64,000 nucleotides of DNA, taken from the NCBI RefSeq assembly GCF_009914755.1, contig NC_060932.1, one strand, 5' to 3'. Below are positions 13,385-28,139 of the stretch, piece after piece; position 1 is the stretch's first letter, and each line of letters opens with the position of its first letter. Source of the DNA: the human T2T-CHM13v2.0 reference genome, Homo sapiens. The position numbers and the translations under genes are program-made. The notes below the pieces were generated by a model. The model did no database searches and was not told the origin of the DNA. It was given only the letters and a program-made list of their open reading frames with translations.

Positions 13385-13567
13385 AGTGTGAGTCCCAGCG
13401 CAGATGATCAGTGTGATCTTGGACAAGTCTCCAAAATTCAATGATCATTTGTTTCTTTATGTATAAGTTGGATATAAGAATGTCTAGAATTATGTGGAAG
13501 ATTAGAAAATATAGTATTTATAAAACATCACTAAGGGTTTGGCACTAGTAGGTGCTCAGCAAATGTA
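13385..13567 (+). mobile_element. MIR fragment
   Basis: gtgtgatcttggacaagt...tggcactagtaggtgctcagcaaatg. Confidence 0.6.
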
Positions 13568-13604
13568 TCTGAAGAAAGGAAGCAACAGCCTCCTCATGCA
13601 GTGC

Positions 13605-14215
13605 TCCAATTACTGTGTAACAACATTTAGTAAAATAACTATCATTTTATTGTGCTCACAATTTTGTGGATTGGAATTTGGACAGACATAGTAGAGATAG
13701 TTTACCTCTATTTCACAATGACTGGGCCTCATCTGGGGTGATGCAAATGACTGTAGATGGCTGCAATGGCTCAGTCAGGTCTTATGTCTGTAGCCTGAAT
13801 TCTTGCTTCCAACTGGGTTCCTTGGTCCTTTACCCATTGTGTCTGGAGGGACTGAAGTGACTCTTTCTTCACCCTTATGTCTGGGTTTATGACTGGGTTA
13901 TCTAGAATATCTGGAATATCTGGAAGCTACCTAGGCATCTGTCTCTTTCCGCGTCGCCTCTCCATGTGGCTAGCTGGGGCTTCCTCACAGCATGGTGGTG
14001 TCAGCATAGTCAGCTATTTTACACTATGGCTCTCTTTTCCCAGAGTAAGCGTTACAAAAAGCCTGGATGTAAGTTGCCACATCCTACTGTCATCTGGCCT
14101 CAGAATACCAGAAGCTTCTATTGGCCAAGCATGTCACTAGGGCCAACGTTAATTCAAGCAGAGAGGAATTAGATGCCACCCCTCAATTTGTGGAATACAA
14201 AGAATTTGCAGTCCT
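13605..14215 (-). mobile_element. Old MLT1 (MLT1G/H-like) LTR
   Basis: gctcacaattttgtgg...cctctccatgtggctagctggggcttcctcacagcatggtgg...cttctattggccaagc...aaagaatttgcag. Confidence 0.7.
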
Positions 14216-15078
14216 CTGTTTAGATGCTGAAGTTTAGAGCTATCCTTCTAGTCTCTATGGTACCCATCGCAAAATACTTTAAGATGTCCTTCAGTCTTAC
14301 TGTTGGAATTTCTCTGGTCAGATTTATTCCTTGTCCTCTCTTCTCACTTCTTAAATTTATTATAAATCTTATGTTGCACACATTTCTTTCTACTATTGAC
14401 ATATTAGAGGCAAGTCAATATACATTATGCATTTATGGCCCTATAAAGGAAATAGAAAAGAAATGTCAATTCATCAAATACATTTTGCTTCTCAGAGAAA
14501 CAGGGCCTTCATATAAAATGATGGTGGGGCATATGGGGCATGGAGGTGGGAGAGATTGTGGCAAAGAAGTTAAATCACCCAGCTCAGATCATAGAGCATG
14601 TTAGCAGCCCAGCTTAGATAAGGACAGTAATAGCCTAAACTTTTTATCTGCCTAATTTTCTGCTATCTGTGCCTTCTCCCTCATTCTCAGATATTTGTAT
14701 CCCACTGGAAAAGTTTATCTCATTTATGAAAAGGTCCCAAGTTATCTCCAATAAGTATTTGACTAGATATAATTATGTCCCCTCCCTCTTTGTTTTTTTT
14801 CAACCATGTATTAATTAAACCATAATTACCAAGTCCCAACCATATATCAACCTCAGTCCTAGGCACTAGGGTACACCAGGAAGTAAGAGACAAAGTCCCT
14901 GCTTTCATGGATTATTTATAATGAAATAATAATAATAATAGAGTGCTTGGAAAAGTGATGGCAGGTCACATACACAAAAAAATCAATTTAATGTGGATGT
15001 AATAACAGAAAAGCTTAGAAGATTTGCAAACTATAAGAAATTTACATTCCCATTGTTTTCTAGGTCTTGCTCCATATT

Positions 15079-15955
15079 AAAGGAGAAGGAGGAGGAGGAG
15101 GAGGAAAAGGAGGAGGAGAAGGAGGAGGAGGAGGAGGAAAAGAAGGAGGAAGAGGAGGAGGAAAAGAAGGAGGAGGAGAAGGAGGAGGAGGAGAAGGAGA
15201 AGGAGGAGGAGAAGGAGAAGGAGGAGGAGAAAGGAGAAGGAGGAGGAGAAGGAGGAGGAGGAGGAGAAAGGAGAAGGAGGAGGAGAAGGAGGAGGAGGAG
15301 AAGGAGAAGGAGGAGAAGGAGGAGAAGGAGGAGGAGGAGGAAAAGGAGGAGAAGGAGGAGGAGGAGGAAAAGGAGGAGGAGGAGGAAAAGGAGGAGGAGG
15401 AGGAGAAGGAGAAGGAGGAAGAGGAGGAGGAGAAGGAGGAGGAGGAGGAAAAGGAGGAGGAGGAGGAAAAGGAGGAGGAGGAAAAGGAGGAGGAGGAGGA
15501 GAAGGAGGAAGAGGAGAAGGAGGAGGAGAAGGAGGAGGAGAAGGAGGAGGAGGAGGAGAAGGAGGAGGAGGAGAAGGAGGAGGAGGAGAAGGAGGAGGAG
15601 AAGGAGGAGGAGAAGGGGAAGGAGAAGGAGAAGGAGGAGGAGAAGGAGGAGGAGGAGGAGAAGGAGGAGGAGGAGGAGAAGGAGAAGGGGAAGGGGAAGG
15701 AGAAGGAGGAGAAGGAGAAGGAGAAGGAGGAGAAGGAGGAGGAAGGAGGAGGAGAAGAAGAAGAAAAGAGAGAAGAGAGAAGAGAGAAGAGAAAAGAAAA
15801 GTAAGAGAGGAAGGGAAGGAGAAGAGAAGGGGAAGGGGAGGGAAGGAGAAGGGGAGGAGAGGGAAGGGAAGAAGGGAGGCAGAAGGGAGAAGGGAGGGGG
15901 AAAGGGAAGAGGGAAAGGGAAGCAGGAAGGGAAGGAAGCCAGGAAGGAAGAAAGA
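15079..15955. repeat. (GGA/GAA)n polypurine low-complexity tract
   Basis: Only A/G from 15079 to 15801, then GA-rich; generates five spurious ~250-330 aa ORFs. Confidence 0.98.
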
Positions 15956-16039
15956 CAGAAACTGAATATCCAAGCCAACATAGCCTAGGTATAGTTGTCC
16001 ACAAATCTTCAGAGTTGTGTCATAGTTAAAAAGGCCTCC

Positions 16040-17380
16040 TCAACTCCATATAAAATTATTATACTATAGTTTCTTATTCAACTTTAATGGATTTATTTTA
16101 AAACTTTAATCTTTTTAAAATTCATTCTTTATAAAGTAGAAGGTAAGGATCCCACTTTAATTGAGATTGTTATCCAGTTGTCCTCACAGCATTAAATGAA
16201 TAATTCATTTTTTCCTACTTATTCATTCATTCAACAAATACTTGGACATTGCTATGCAGCAGGCATGGATCTAGTGGGGAGAAACACAGCAGTAGAACAA
16301 AACAGAAAAAACTCCTGCCCACATGAAGCTTAACTGATATTGTTGAATTTCTCTGTGCCTTCAGGTCTATTCCTATACTTTTTATTTTATTCTCTTGAAC
16401 TATATTTTAATTTATGTGACAGTACCATACCATTTTCATTATTGGGGCTTTTAATTAATGTGTTTAATACCTGATAAGGGTAGTTGATTCTTAGTATTCT
16501 TTTTCATAATTTTCCTGGGTATTCTTACCTGTGTATTTTTTCTGCATGATGCTCACAATCAGCCTGTCTAAAACTATAGGAAAATGACTCTTTGTAATGT
16601 CATTGGAATAACAGTTTAGTTTCAGAGAGAACATGTGCAGATTACATGAGTATATTGCATTAATGCTGGGGTCTAGGCTTCTATTGAACCCACCGCCCAA
16701 ACAGTGAACATGGTACCCAATTGGTAGTTTTTCAGACCTTCCCCCTTCCCTCCCTCCTCTCTTTCAGAGTCTCTAGTTTCTGTTGTTTCTGTCTTTATGC
16801 CCATGTGTAGCTCACACTTATAAGTGAGAACATGTGATATTTGATTTTCTCTTTCTGTGTTAATTCACTTAGGATGGCCTCCAACTAAATCTATGTTGCT
16901 GCAAAGCACATGATTTCATTCTTTTTGTGGCTATGTAGTATTCCATGGTGTATATGTACATTTTCTTTATCCAATCCACTCTTGGTGGACACTGAGGTTG
17001 ATGAAATAATATTAAACGCATAATTTTTACAAGAGAGAATAGATATATTTATAATATTGAGTCTTCCTATTCAAGAACATATCAGATATTTCTAGTTCTG
17101 GAGTAGTTTTTTATATCCCTATGGAAGTATTTTTAGCTTTCTTTACAGATCTCTTTCAAATTACTTGAAAGTTTCTAGGCATTTTATCTTTCATGTTCCT
17201 ATTGCAAATGATATTGTTTCCTCTATTCAATGAGCTAACTGGTCATTATGTATATGTGAAAAAATATGATGTCTCTGTATTAATTTCATCCTTAATTGAA
17301 TTTTCTGTTTGTATTGTCTTTTCCATTGATTCTCATGTTTTCTAGGTGTATAATTATACTATCTATAAATAGTAGTAATT
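16040..17380 (-). mobile_element. Old L1M(E) ORF2 fragments interrupted by L2 (about 16219-16335) and an L1PA16-type piece
   Basis: T-rich antisense L1 motifs (tatccagttgtcc, cagtaccatac, atattgagtcttcctattcaagaacat); ttcattcattcaacaaata L2 tail. Confidence 0.65.
16620..17003 (-). mobile_element. L1PA16/17-type 3' fragment
   Basis: cacttataagtgagaacatg...taattcacttaggatggcctcc...gtagtattccatggtgtatatgtac. Confidence 0.85.
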
Positions 17381-17469
17381 TTACAAAGACTACCTGTAAA
17401 GCAGCCCAAATGTTCTACTTGCACCCTTGCTGGTACCACCTTCCAACCCAGTTTTCACCTGGCAGGTAG

Positions 17470-18120
17470 CATGAACTTAATAAAACACAAATGTTATTAT
17501 GACACATACATTACTCCCTCCATTGTAAATGCTTCCCATTTTTCTTCAAATGAAGACCACAATCCTTAACACCATGGCCCTACCTAAATCACCCCTTATC
17601 TAAGTTCCCGGCCTCATTCCACCCAGAACTTGTCCTCAGTCTCTTTTTTCTACTTCCTGGGCTGTGCCAGGCTCCCTGCCCCAACGTAAAGAATTTACCA
17701 ATAATTTTGCGTTTGTCTCAAATACTTTGATACCTAATCACCACCTACTCATTCTCTTGATCTCAATTTAATCATGATTTCTTCAGAGACTGTTTCCATT
17801 GACTCCCTAATTCTGGATCAAGTCCCATTACTCACTTCCATACACCACATGTCTACCCTACAGGTGCCTATCATGGTTGTAATTTTCCAACTGGCCATCT
17901 TCTCCCTATTCTAATGTTCCATTAAAGAAGGGACTATATCTAATTTTTCTTTCCATTATTTCCCAGATCTCTAGCATTGTGCCTGCCTGGCGTAGAGGTA
18001 CCTATCTGTGCACTCTCCAGCAACATTATGAATATTCAGAAGGAAGGACCCACATCTTACTCATTTTTGTGTTTTTCACCACAATACCTAGTACAATCTG
18101 ATACAAACAATTATTTGAAA
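17470..18120 (+). mobile_element. L2 fragments
   Basis: Pyrimidine-rich L2 3' sequence ending gggactatatc...ctagcattgtgcctg. Confidence 0.55.
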
Positions 18121-18576
18121 TTAACCTCTAAGTTTATAAGATTAGCTCTTACACATAGAAGCTGCATAAGGCACTAAAGTTTCATTTCCATGCAGAGGCA
18201 GGGAATAAAATAAAGATGGACAAAAGAAAAAAATAGAAAAAAAGGAAATGCCCAGAGTCACGGATCTATACAAAATGTCTGGGGAATACCAAGGAGGAGC
18301 ATGAAGCTGACTAATATAATAGCCTTTCTGTGTCAATGATCAATATATGGCTTTTCATTAGTCTTACCTCTACTAACCAGACACCCTCTATGCCTTCATT
18401 TTTCTTCAGTATTTGGAAAACATTTATTTCTTTAATAAGTATATACTGCAGATATGTTCTGGCTCCAGGGACCCAAATTTGAACAAATGACATACTGAAA
18501 TTCGGAACTGGGCATTGAAGAGCAAATTCAAACCATTTAAGAGGTTTTGGTTAAAATTATCACCTCCCCATCAGAC

Positions 18577-21066
18577 TCATCCCAGGGATGCAAGGATGGT
18601 TCAACATATGCAAATCAATCAATGTGATATATCAATAGAATAAAAGAACAAAAAACATATGATGATTTCAATTGATAATGAAAGGCATTTTATAAAATTC
18701 AACATTCTTTCATGATAAATCTCTCAGGAAACTGGGTAGAGAAGGAAAATAACTCAACACAAGAAAAACCATATACGACAGAACCCAGCTAATGTCACAC
18801 TGAATAGGGAAAAACTGAAAGCCTTTCCTCTAAGATCTGGAGCAAGACAAGGATGCCCACTTTCACCACTGTTATTCAACACAGTACTGGAAGTTCTAGC
18901 TAGAGCAATCAGACAAGAGAAAGAAATTTTTAAAAAATGGAAAGGAAGAAGTCAAATTATCCTTGTTGCAGATGATATGATCTTATATTTGAAAAAAAAC
19001 ATAAAGGCTACACCTAAAGATGTAAAAAACTATTAGAACTTATAAACAAATTTAGTAAAGTTGCAGGATACAAAATCAACATACAAAAATCAGTAGCATT
19101 TTTATATGTCAACAGCAAAAAATTGAAAAATCAGGAAAGTAACCCCATTACAATAGCTACAAATAAAATTAAACACCTAAGAATAAACTTAACCAAAGAA
19201 GTGAAAGACCTCTACAATGAAAACTGTAAAACAATGATTCAAGCAATTGAAGAGGACACCAAAAAAAGGGAAATATATTCCATGTTCATGTACTGTAAGA
19301 CTCAATATTATTAAAATGTCCATACTACTCAAAGTGATCTATACATCCAATGCAATCTCTATCAAAATAATAGCAACATTCTTTACAGAATAGAAAACAA
19401 AATCCTAAAACTTACATGGAACCAGAAAAGAACCAGAATAGCTAAAGTCATGCTGAGCAAAAAGAACAGAACTGGAAGAATCACATTATCTGATTTCAAA
19501 TTAAACTAGAACTATAGTAATCAAAAAGGCATGGTACTGGCATAAAAACAGCCATATAGACCAATGGAACAGAATAGACAATCCACAGATAAATTCATAC
19601 ATCTACAGTGAACTCATTTTTGACAAAAGTGCCAAGAATATCCACTGAGAAAAAGACAGTCTCTTCAATAAATAGTGTGTGAAAACTGGCTCTCCATATG
19701 TAGAATAATGAAACTAGACCCCTATCCCTCTATCTCTCTCCATATACAAAAATCAAATCAAAATGGATTGAAGATTTAAATTTAAAACCTCAAACTATGA
19801 AACTACTAAAAGAAAATATTGGGGAAACTCTCCAGGACATTGTTATGGGCAAAGATTTCTTGAATAATACCCTAAAAGTACAAGCAACCAAAGCAAAGAT
19901 GGACAAATGGGATCATATCAAGTTAAAAAGCTTCTACAGGGTAAACAAAATGCTCAACAAAGTCAAGAGACAACCTACAGAATGGGGGAAAATATTTGTA
20001 AATTATCCATTCCAACAAAAGATTAATAGCCAGAATATGTAAGGAGCTAAAATAATCAGAAAATATATAATCATCTTATTACAAAGTGGGCAAAATATCT
20101 AAATAGACATTTCTCAAAAGAACACATACAAATGGCAAACAGGATTATGAAAAGATGCTCAACATTATTGATTATCAGAAAAATACAAATCAGAACTACA
20201 ATAAGGTATCATTTCATCCCATCAGTTAAAATGGCTTTTGTCCTAAAGACAAGCAATAATGAATGCTGGCAAGGATATGGAAAAAAGGCAACACTCATAT
20301 ACTGTTGGTGGGAATGTAAATTAGTATTAAATACAAACATTATGGAGAACAGTATGGAGGGTCCTTTAAAAACTGGAAGTAGAACTACCACAGGATTCAG
20401 CACTCCCACTGCTAGGTATGTACCCAAAAGAAAGTAAATCCATTTATTGAAGATAAATCTGCACTACCATTTTTACTGGGGCACTATTCACAATAGCCAA
20501 GATTCGAAGCAACCTAAGTGTTCGTTAAGAGATGAATGGATAAAGAAAACATGGCACATATTCACAATGGCGTACTATTCAGCCATAAAAAAGAATGAGA
20601 TCCTGTCATTTGCAACAACCTGGATGAGACTGGAGGACATTAAATTAAGTGAAATAAGCAAGGCACTGAAAGAAAAACTTTGTATGCTTTCCCTCATTTG
20701 TGGGAGCTAAAAAGGTAAATAATTGAACTCATGGAGGTAAAGAGTAGAAGGATGGCTACCAGAGGCTGGGAAGGGTAGTGAGGAAGAAGTGGGGGAAGTG
20801 GACATGGTTAATGGGTACAGGGATACAGTTAGATAGAATGAATAAGATCTAGTATTTCATAGCACAACAGGGTGACTACAGTTGGCAATAATTTATCATA
20901 CATTTTAAAATAACTAAAAGTATAATTGGAATGTTTACACAAGGAAATGATAAATGCTTGGGGTGATGAATACACCATATGATTATTATACATTGTATAC
21001 CTGTATCAAAATATCTCACATACCTCATAAATATACACATCTACTATGTACGCATAAAAGTTAAAT
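18577..21066 (+). mobile_element. 5'-truncated L1MA (L1MA2-4-like) ORF2 3' half plus 3' UTR
   Basis: ccagggatgcaaggatggttcaacata, ggagcaagacaaggatgccc (GTRQGCP-like) and ttgcagatgatatgatc (FADD-like); ORF pieces KEVKDLYNENCKT, KMDKWDHIKLKSF; L1MA 3' UTR gcacaacagggtgact. Confidence 0.92.
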
Positions 21067-21658
21067 TTTTTTAATTACTACAACCACCCTCTTTCTCCCA
21101 CTCCTCAGCCACAGGTTTTTACATACTTTCCATTAGGAAAGTACCACTCCCATAATAATCACCAGGAGTGGATCGAGGTTTATCCTATCTCTCAGGTATA
21201 TTGGGACAGGGAAGCAAAAACTGAGGACCTCTGAATTACAGGAGTGTTATGAGAGGATGAAGCATGCCTCCATTACAGCTCGACACTTACTGAGAGCCAA
21301 TCATGCCCTAAGTGCTACTTTCTAGCACCCAGAGTTCAAAGTCTACAAGATAAATTTGGTCCTAATTGAGATCAGAGTTGACTAGAGCAAAGGAACCTGT
21401 AAGTGGAAAGGACAGAAAGTGAGGGAGCAAAACAAAAAACACAAAAGTGGGCATGTGGGGACTATCTGTGTGAGTATACTTGTTTTATCTAATTGGGCTG
21501 GGTGGGGTATAGTTGGAAAATTGCCCAGACTAAATGCATCTTAAAATATTGGAAATCCTTCCCCAGCCCTCTCCTCTTTCTGACCCTGTTGCTGCTGCCC
21601 CTGCTGAATTTGTCATTCCTAGTACTTGCAGATAACACAGGCACTGGTCATTCCATGG

Positions 21659-22071
21659 GCTATGGTCTGAATGGCTCCCACAGTTTAAGTGTTGGTGGTA
21701 CTAAGTTTAACTGTGGTGGTACTAAGAGGTGGGACCTTTTGGGAAGTGATAAAGTGATGAAGACTCTGCTTCAGTGAATGGATGCGTGTCTTTTAAAAGG
21801 GTAGACAGGAACTAGCCTAGGCCCTTTTTGTTCTCATGCTCTTCTACCATATGAGGACATATTATTTGTCCCGTCTTGTCCTTTCCATCCCTTTGGCCAC
21901 ATCAGGACACCTAGACAGTGCCACCTATGAGGAAAGAGACCTAACCTGATGCCAAACCTGCCTTGATTTTGGACTTCCCGGCCTCCAGGTCTGTGAGAAA
22001 TAAATATCTATTGTTCATAAATTACCTAGGCTGTGGTACTTTGTTGTAGGAGTACAAACAAAACTATGACA
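21659..22071 (+). mobile_element. MSTC/MLT1A-type LTR
   Basis: gctatggtctgaatg...gaggtgggacct...ttggacttcccggcctccag...gagaaataaat...actatgaca. Confidence 0.75.
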
Positions 22072-22179
22072 ATATGTCACTGTAAATAACCAAAAGATAA
22101 GGTAAAAGTTGATTATTTTCCAATACAACACACATGACACAAGATTACCCTGAAAAAATTGTGTCATAACAATAAATAA

Positions 22180-22744
<565 letters not shown>

Positions 22745-23662
22745 TGATATGAAATCAGACAGACGGAAATTCTAATGCCAGCTTCATGACCAGTGAAAAT
22801 AAATTAGGAAACAGGACATGGCTAAGCTGGGCAACCAAACAAGCTTATAATGTTCCTGGGAATTAAGGTGGCCCTTCCTCCAAAATGCAGGTCCCTGTGG
22901 CCCAGTGTACTTTACAAAGAGCCCAGATTAGAATGCTTTCCATTTGCAGGTTCACCCCAAAAAGAGAGGAGGCCACAAGTCAGGGCCCCTCAAACCCAGT
23001 GTGTCCATTGGGCACAAGGGGCCAGGAGTACTCTGTTAGGAAGTCTTTTAAAGCAAAACGAAGGAGCAAGAAACAAACAATCCACCCTAACATTTCTTTG
23101 ACCTTGGCCCTCTTAATTCATTGGGGTTTGATTTTTAATCTAACCCAAAACAGGAGTGAGGCTATGCTTTTCAGGGGAGGACCTCACATTCAATACCAAC
23201 CGCTCTTCCAGTGTCACCCTGAAACTGTGGATGGGTAATTTAGATTTTGCCTGTAAAAGTTTCTAAAATTATCTGAATAATCAATTCATTACATGAACTT
23301 CAGAAACCTCTACATACAAGCTGAAAATGTACTACTAGTTCTTTTTCCCACCTCCAGTTATGTTGAGACAAATTGTCTAATACTACTCATGGGAGATTCT
23401 GTGATAAGTTTTAAGAATGACAGAAAGATACCTTGATAACTTGAAGTCAATTACATGGAAATGCCCTGAAGTTGAATAAAAACCAGCCCCATTATTGTAT
23501 TTGCAGAAAGAAATTAAACTCCAGAGATTCAAGTCCTTTTGCAAGATAAAATATGAAGCATTTGTTGTGTAAAGGAAGTAAAGGCCCAAATAAATTCTCT
23601 TGCCTTTGTCAGCTAAAAGTCTGTGGCCTATGGCAGAGCTTTTCACTAAGATTCAAGGTCCT

Positions 23663-23978
<316 letters not shown>

Positions 23979-23999
23979 TCATGATATAGAATTGTTATT

Positions 24000-24350
24000 T
24001 GGAATTGGCTGCCAATCCCACATTGCAGACTCCCTTTCATCTAAGTGTGGCCAAATAGTTGAGTTCTGCCAATGAGATGGGGGCAGAAGTGGTATGTTCC
24101 CCCAGGTCCAGACCAGGTTCATAAAAGCCTGGATATGTTCCTCCATTCTCTCTCATTTGTCCCCTCCACCTGATGAATATCTACAACAAGAATAACCCTA
24201 CAGATCACGCAACCATGTTACCAAAGTCTTCATCAGAATGAGTTTTCATAGGACTGCATAGGGCAAACACTCTATCACCACAAAAGACAGAATTTTATGT
24301 CAAAAGTCCAGGGTTTGCTTGTTATGGCAACTAGCATTAACGTAATCAAC
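24000..24350 (+). mobile_element. LTR16/LTR33-type ERVL LTR
   Basis: gactcccttt...gtgtggcc...gagttctgccaatgagatg...gcagaagtg...ttgttatggcaac. Confidence 0.6.
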
Positions 24351-26341
24351 AGAAAGTCTTAAAAAGTCAAAAATTCAACATCCCTAATTTTGGTTTTATT
24401 ATGCTCAACCTCAGCCTAGACTTTCATTCAGAGGTATAGCTGAGGTAGAGATAAGACTGAGGTTCCTTCAGGAGTCCCGTCTGGGCTGTTCGTTTAGACA
24501 TCCATTTATTTAGGACCACAACAAAAAATGTTCTTTTGAGCTTCATGATTTTAAGAGTCTAAACTGTTAACAGAATGCATAAGATTATCACAGCCCTGGG
24601 CCCACACTCATGACATTGGAAAAGTAAATCCTCAGTTCCTAGGGCAATTTTACCAAGCAAAATGATGTTCCCAGAACGTAAGAATGGATAGCCACCAAAA
24701 ATGAAACTGAGAGAAGGGGAGGGTAGGGGAAAGTGATCTTTCTCAACATCATCATGACCAAGTCACTGCTCATTCTAACGATGATTGTCCGGGGCTCGTG
24801 ACTTGTGAGACTAAACACGGCACTCTCTACCAGATGGAGTGTCATAAAACCATGTTACGACACTGGTTTGCCATATTGAGTAGGGAAATCCACCCATGCA
24901 TGCTTTTTCATTTTCCAGAGAGTAGCATTTGAGAGTTGCCAAATTAGCACAGTTTCAAATGTTACGATGGTGACACTCTCAGTCATCAGTTCTTACTCAA
25001 GATGTTTTTAATTTCCATCCTGCATCTTCCAACATCTCAATTTCCATTTCCCTCTGAGTCTTAAGGGTCTGGCACCCCTACTTTTAAATTTAACAAGCAT
25101 TCCAACTTATTGGAATAAGCCCCACAGTCTCCTGGGAGCATGTCTCTGCTCCTGTGTCCCAGTGGTTGTCTACTCTGCTTCCTAGTTGGAATTGCTTACA
25201 TTCAAGATATCAATTTCATAGGGTATTTTTTTCCTCTAGTTTCCACATTTTTTCTCACTGGGGAATCATCTTTAATGGGTTACTGAACAGCAACCATTAT
25301 TGATGTTTCTGAGGCACATGTCCTAGGGAAAGAGGGAGGACAAATACCTCTGCAACGTACCCTTAAGATGCTGCCTCAGGTTTTTAAAGTTCCTTTCTTG
25401 GACAACCTTTCTTTCTTCCATCTCTCCTTTTATTTCTTGTCTATTTGGACATACTACCACTCATTCATTTCCATCTGTTGTTCACCTACTTAGACTCAGC
25501 TGAGTTTTTAAGAGTTTAACCTGCCTCATATGTGGTTCCCTTTCTCTCTCTAACACACCTAAGCTAGCTCATTTACCAGAATGAAGTGCCTTTCTTTGTT
25601 TTGTTTCCCCTTCGCTTTTGGATAGTATAATATACAGACTTCTAGAGCTTTTCTCAACAAAAACGACACTAATCTTCATCCTCTCCTCATTTTGCTTTGA
25701 ACCCATCTTTCCAGAGGGCACAGGCAGCAACAAGGGAGAGACATTGCCCCACCATTCACTGATGAACCTGCGGTGGTTCCCACACTGGCAAAGTTTCATT
25801 AAGCACTTCAGCACACTGGTACAACTGCTGCCAACAGTTAGGCTTCAGCACACGTCTCTGCAGCATCCAGGAGCTGACACCACCCAGCCTGAAGCTCTCA
25901 CCACCACTGAAATCCTCCAAGGAAGTGCCATGCATTGCCAGCAGCTGCTTTCATGACTTGCAGACATGTAGGCTGGATTTGTTAGCTCCTTATCAACTTG
26001 CAAATGACTTTGACAAATTTTCTTGTTTGTTTTTTTTCTTTTGAGGAAATGTTTGGATTGCTATTGCAGTCTTGTTTATAAGGCAATTAAAGCAGGAAGC
26101 AATTATCATCAATTATCATGTAAGACTAGCTACTGTCTTGTAATTACTGTGTTAATTGGCATTAAGTTTAGGTAGAAATTATTGTTGCCCACTTCCAACT
26201 AAAAAGTAAAGAATGTCATGTCAGGAGTGAAGAAAGCACATCTAAAATATAGTTTTCCCTTTAAAGAAATTTTATCTAGAGAGCACGTTTCTTAATGTTT
26301 GTATATTTCTCATTGCTTAAGTCATTCATTCATTCAAAAGT

Positions 26342-26376
<35 letters not shown>
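26342..26376. repeat. (TGA)n microsatellite
   Basis: Seen directly. Confidence 0.95.
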
Positions 26377-26899
26377 TGATAGACAGCTTCTAAGATGGCT
26401 TCCAATAATCCATGCTTCCTAGCTTTCATGCCCTTGTATAGAAGTGACTCATATAGCCAATAGGATATAAACAAAAGGATGGCATGTGACTTCCAAAGTT
26501 AGGGCATGAAAGTTATTTTAGGGACCATCATGCTCTCCTGGATTGCTCAGTCTATAAAAAGCTGTCAAGAGAACCAATATGTCAAAAGACCCTCAACTCT
26601 GTGGAGAGATCAACATGGCATTGAACTGAGGCCACACACCAACCAGCCCATACCAACTTTCTGCCATGCCAGTGAACCACTGTAGAAATGGATCCTGCAG
26701 CCCTAGTCAAGTCTTTCAAAGACTGTAACCCCAGCTCACGATGTAGCTCAATCTCTTGAAAGACTCTAAGCCATATCTACCTAGCTAAGTACTTTCCAAA
26801 TGACTGTCTCATAGAAATTGTAAGTAATAATGAACATTTGTTGTTTTAAGCCACTAAATTCTGAGGTAGATTATTATCCAACAGTAGATAATTGATACA
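26375..26899 (+). mobile_element. MLT1F/H-type LTR
   Basis: tgtgatagacagcttctaagatggc...ttcatgcccttgt...ttgttttaagccactaaatt...agataattgataca. Confidence 0.8.
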
Positions 26900-27091
26900 G
26901 ATGGTGATTATTATTGTTAATGACTATGGTGGTGATTCCACCTCTCATCCCCTAGGAAGAGAAAATGTACAATCAGACATGGGATTTGCCCTTTAAGAAA
27001 ATGACAGCCTTAATAAAAGATAAACCACAAGGTAACTCACTTAGCACTAAAATAAGATTACTTATTTAGATTCTGGTTTTATAGTTGCATT

Positions 27092-27277
27092 GTGGTTTTT
27101 GATTTGTTTTGTTTTGTTTTTTGAGACAGGTTCTCACTCTCTTTCCCAGACTGAAGGGCAGTGGTACAACTGCGGCTCACTGTAGCCTCAATCTTCCAGG
27201 CCCAAGCCATCCTCCTGACTCAGCCTCCTGAGTAGCTAGGCCAAAGGTGCATGCCACCATGCCTGGCTAATTTTTTT

Positions 27278-27310
<33 letters not shown>

Positions 27311-27420
27311 TTCAGTGTCTCACTATGGTGCCCAGTCTGGTCTCGAACTCCTGGGCTCAATCTTCCCACCTCAGCCTCCCAAAGTGTTGGTATTACAGGC
27401 GTGAGCCACCATGCCTGGCC
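27092..27420 (-). mobile_element. AluJ
   Basis: J-type diagnostics (cactgtagcctc, ctcctgggctcaa); TSD TATAGTTGCATT at 27080-27091 and 27421-27432; expanded middle T tract. Confidence 0.95.
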
Positions 27421-28139
27421 TATAGTTGCATTCTCTTAATAATGAAGTAGAGTAAGGACCTAGATATTTTGACAGCAGGACCTAAAAAAAAATAACTTAT
27501 TTTCTAACTGAAGAGGAAGAAGCAAAGTTCTTGGAAAGAAGAATTATGACAGGGCTCTTCTATCACTCATATAGATTTTCTGTGCTGTATTTTCTACCAT
27601 GCAGTGTAGAAAAGATAAGATCTCCCTTACTGTCAAATTGTTTTATTACAGAGCTGTCTTTGCCCATCTGAAATATAAACCTGTATGCTTGTACAAATGT
27701 TAAAGTTGGTGAAACATGTTTTAGATAATTATATACAATTATAAAACATAATTCTCAGAGAAGATATAATTTTCTATAAATCACTCCTTTTGTTAAATAT
27801 AATTGAACTTAAAATAAATGTATTTTGTTCTGCTTTTCCATCTTATACTGACACTGGTGATTAACACACTAGTATTAAAAATAACGTATAGTTCAGTATA
27901 CATCTGGCCTTTTAAACTGTTGTAATTTTCTGCATTATTTATTCAGTAGTTCACAAAAAAGATTTGATTTAAATAATCGTATACCTCTAATTTTTTCCAA
28001 CTCTAAAACATAGTGTGAAGTTTTGTTCTTCTATACATGAGTGTAGTATTTTGGGGTTTAGAGAGCATTTGCCCGTACGTTTTCTCATGTGCAGAATATA
28101 ATAATAACAAAAAACATCACCTGATTAGGCATCTTGATG

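Noticed and set aside
14993-16004. Five long ORFs (245-331 aa) of poly-E/K/R/G and poly-L/S/P
   Set aside because: They are translations of the GGA repeat, which has no stop codons; no real protein features
19123-20710. ORFs resembling reverse transcriptase-associated protein
   Set aside because: Broken L1 ORF2 with many stops and frameshifts; not functional
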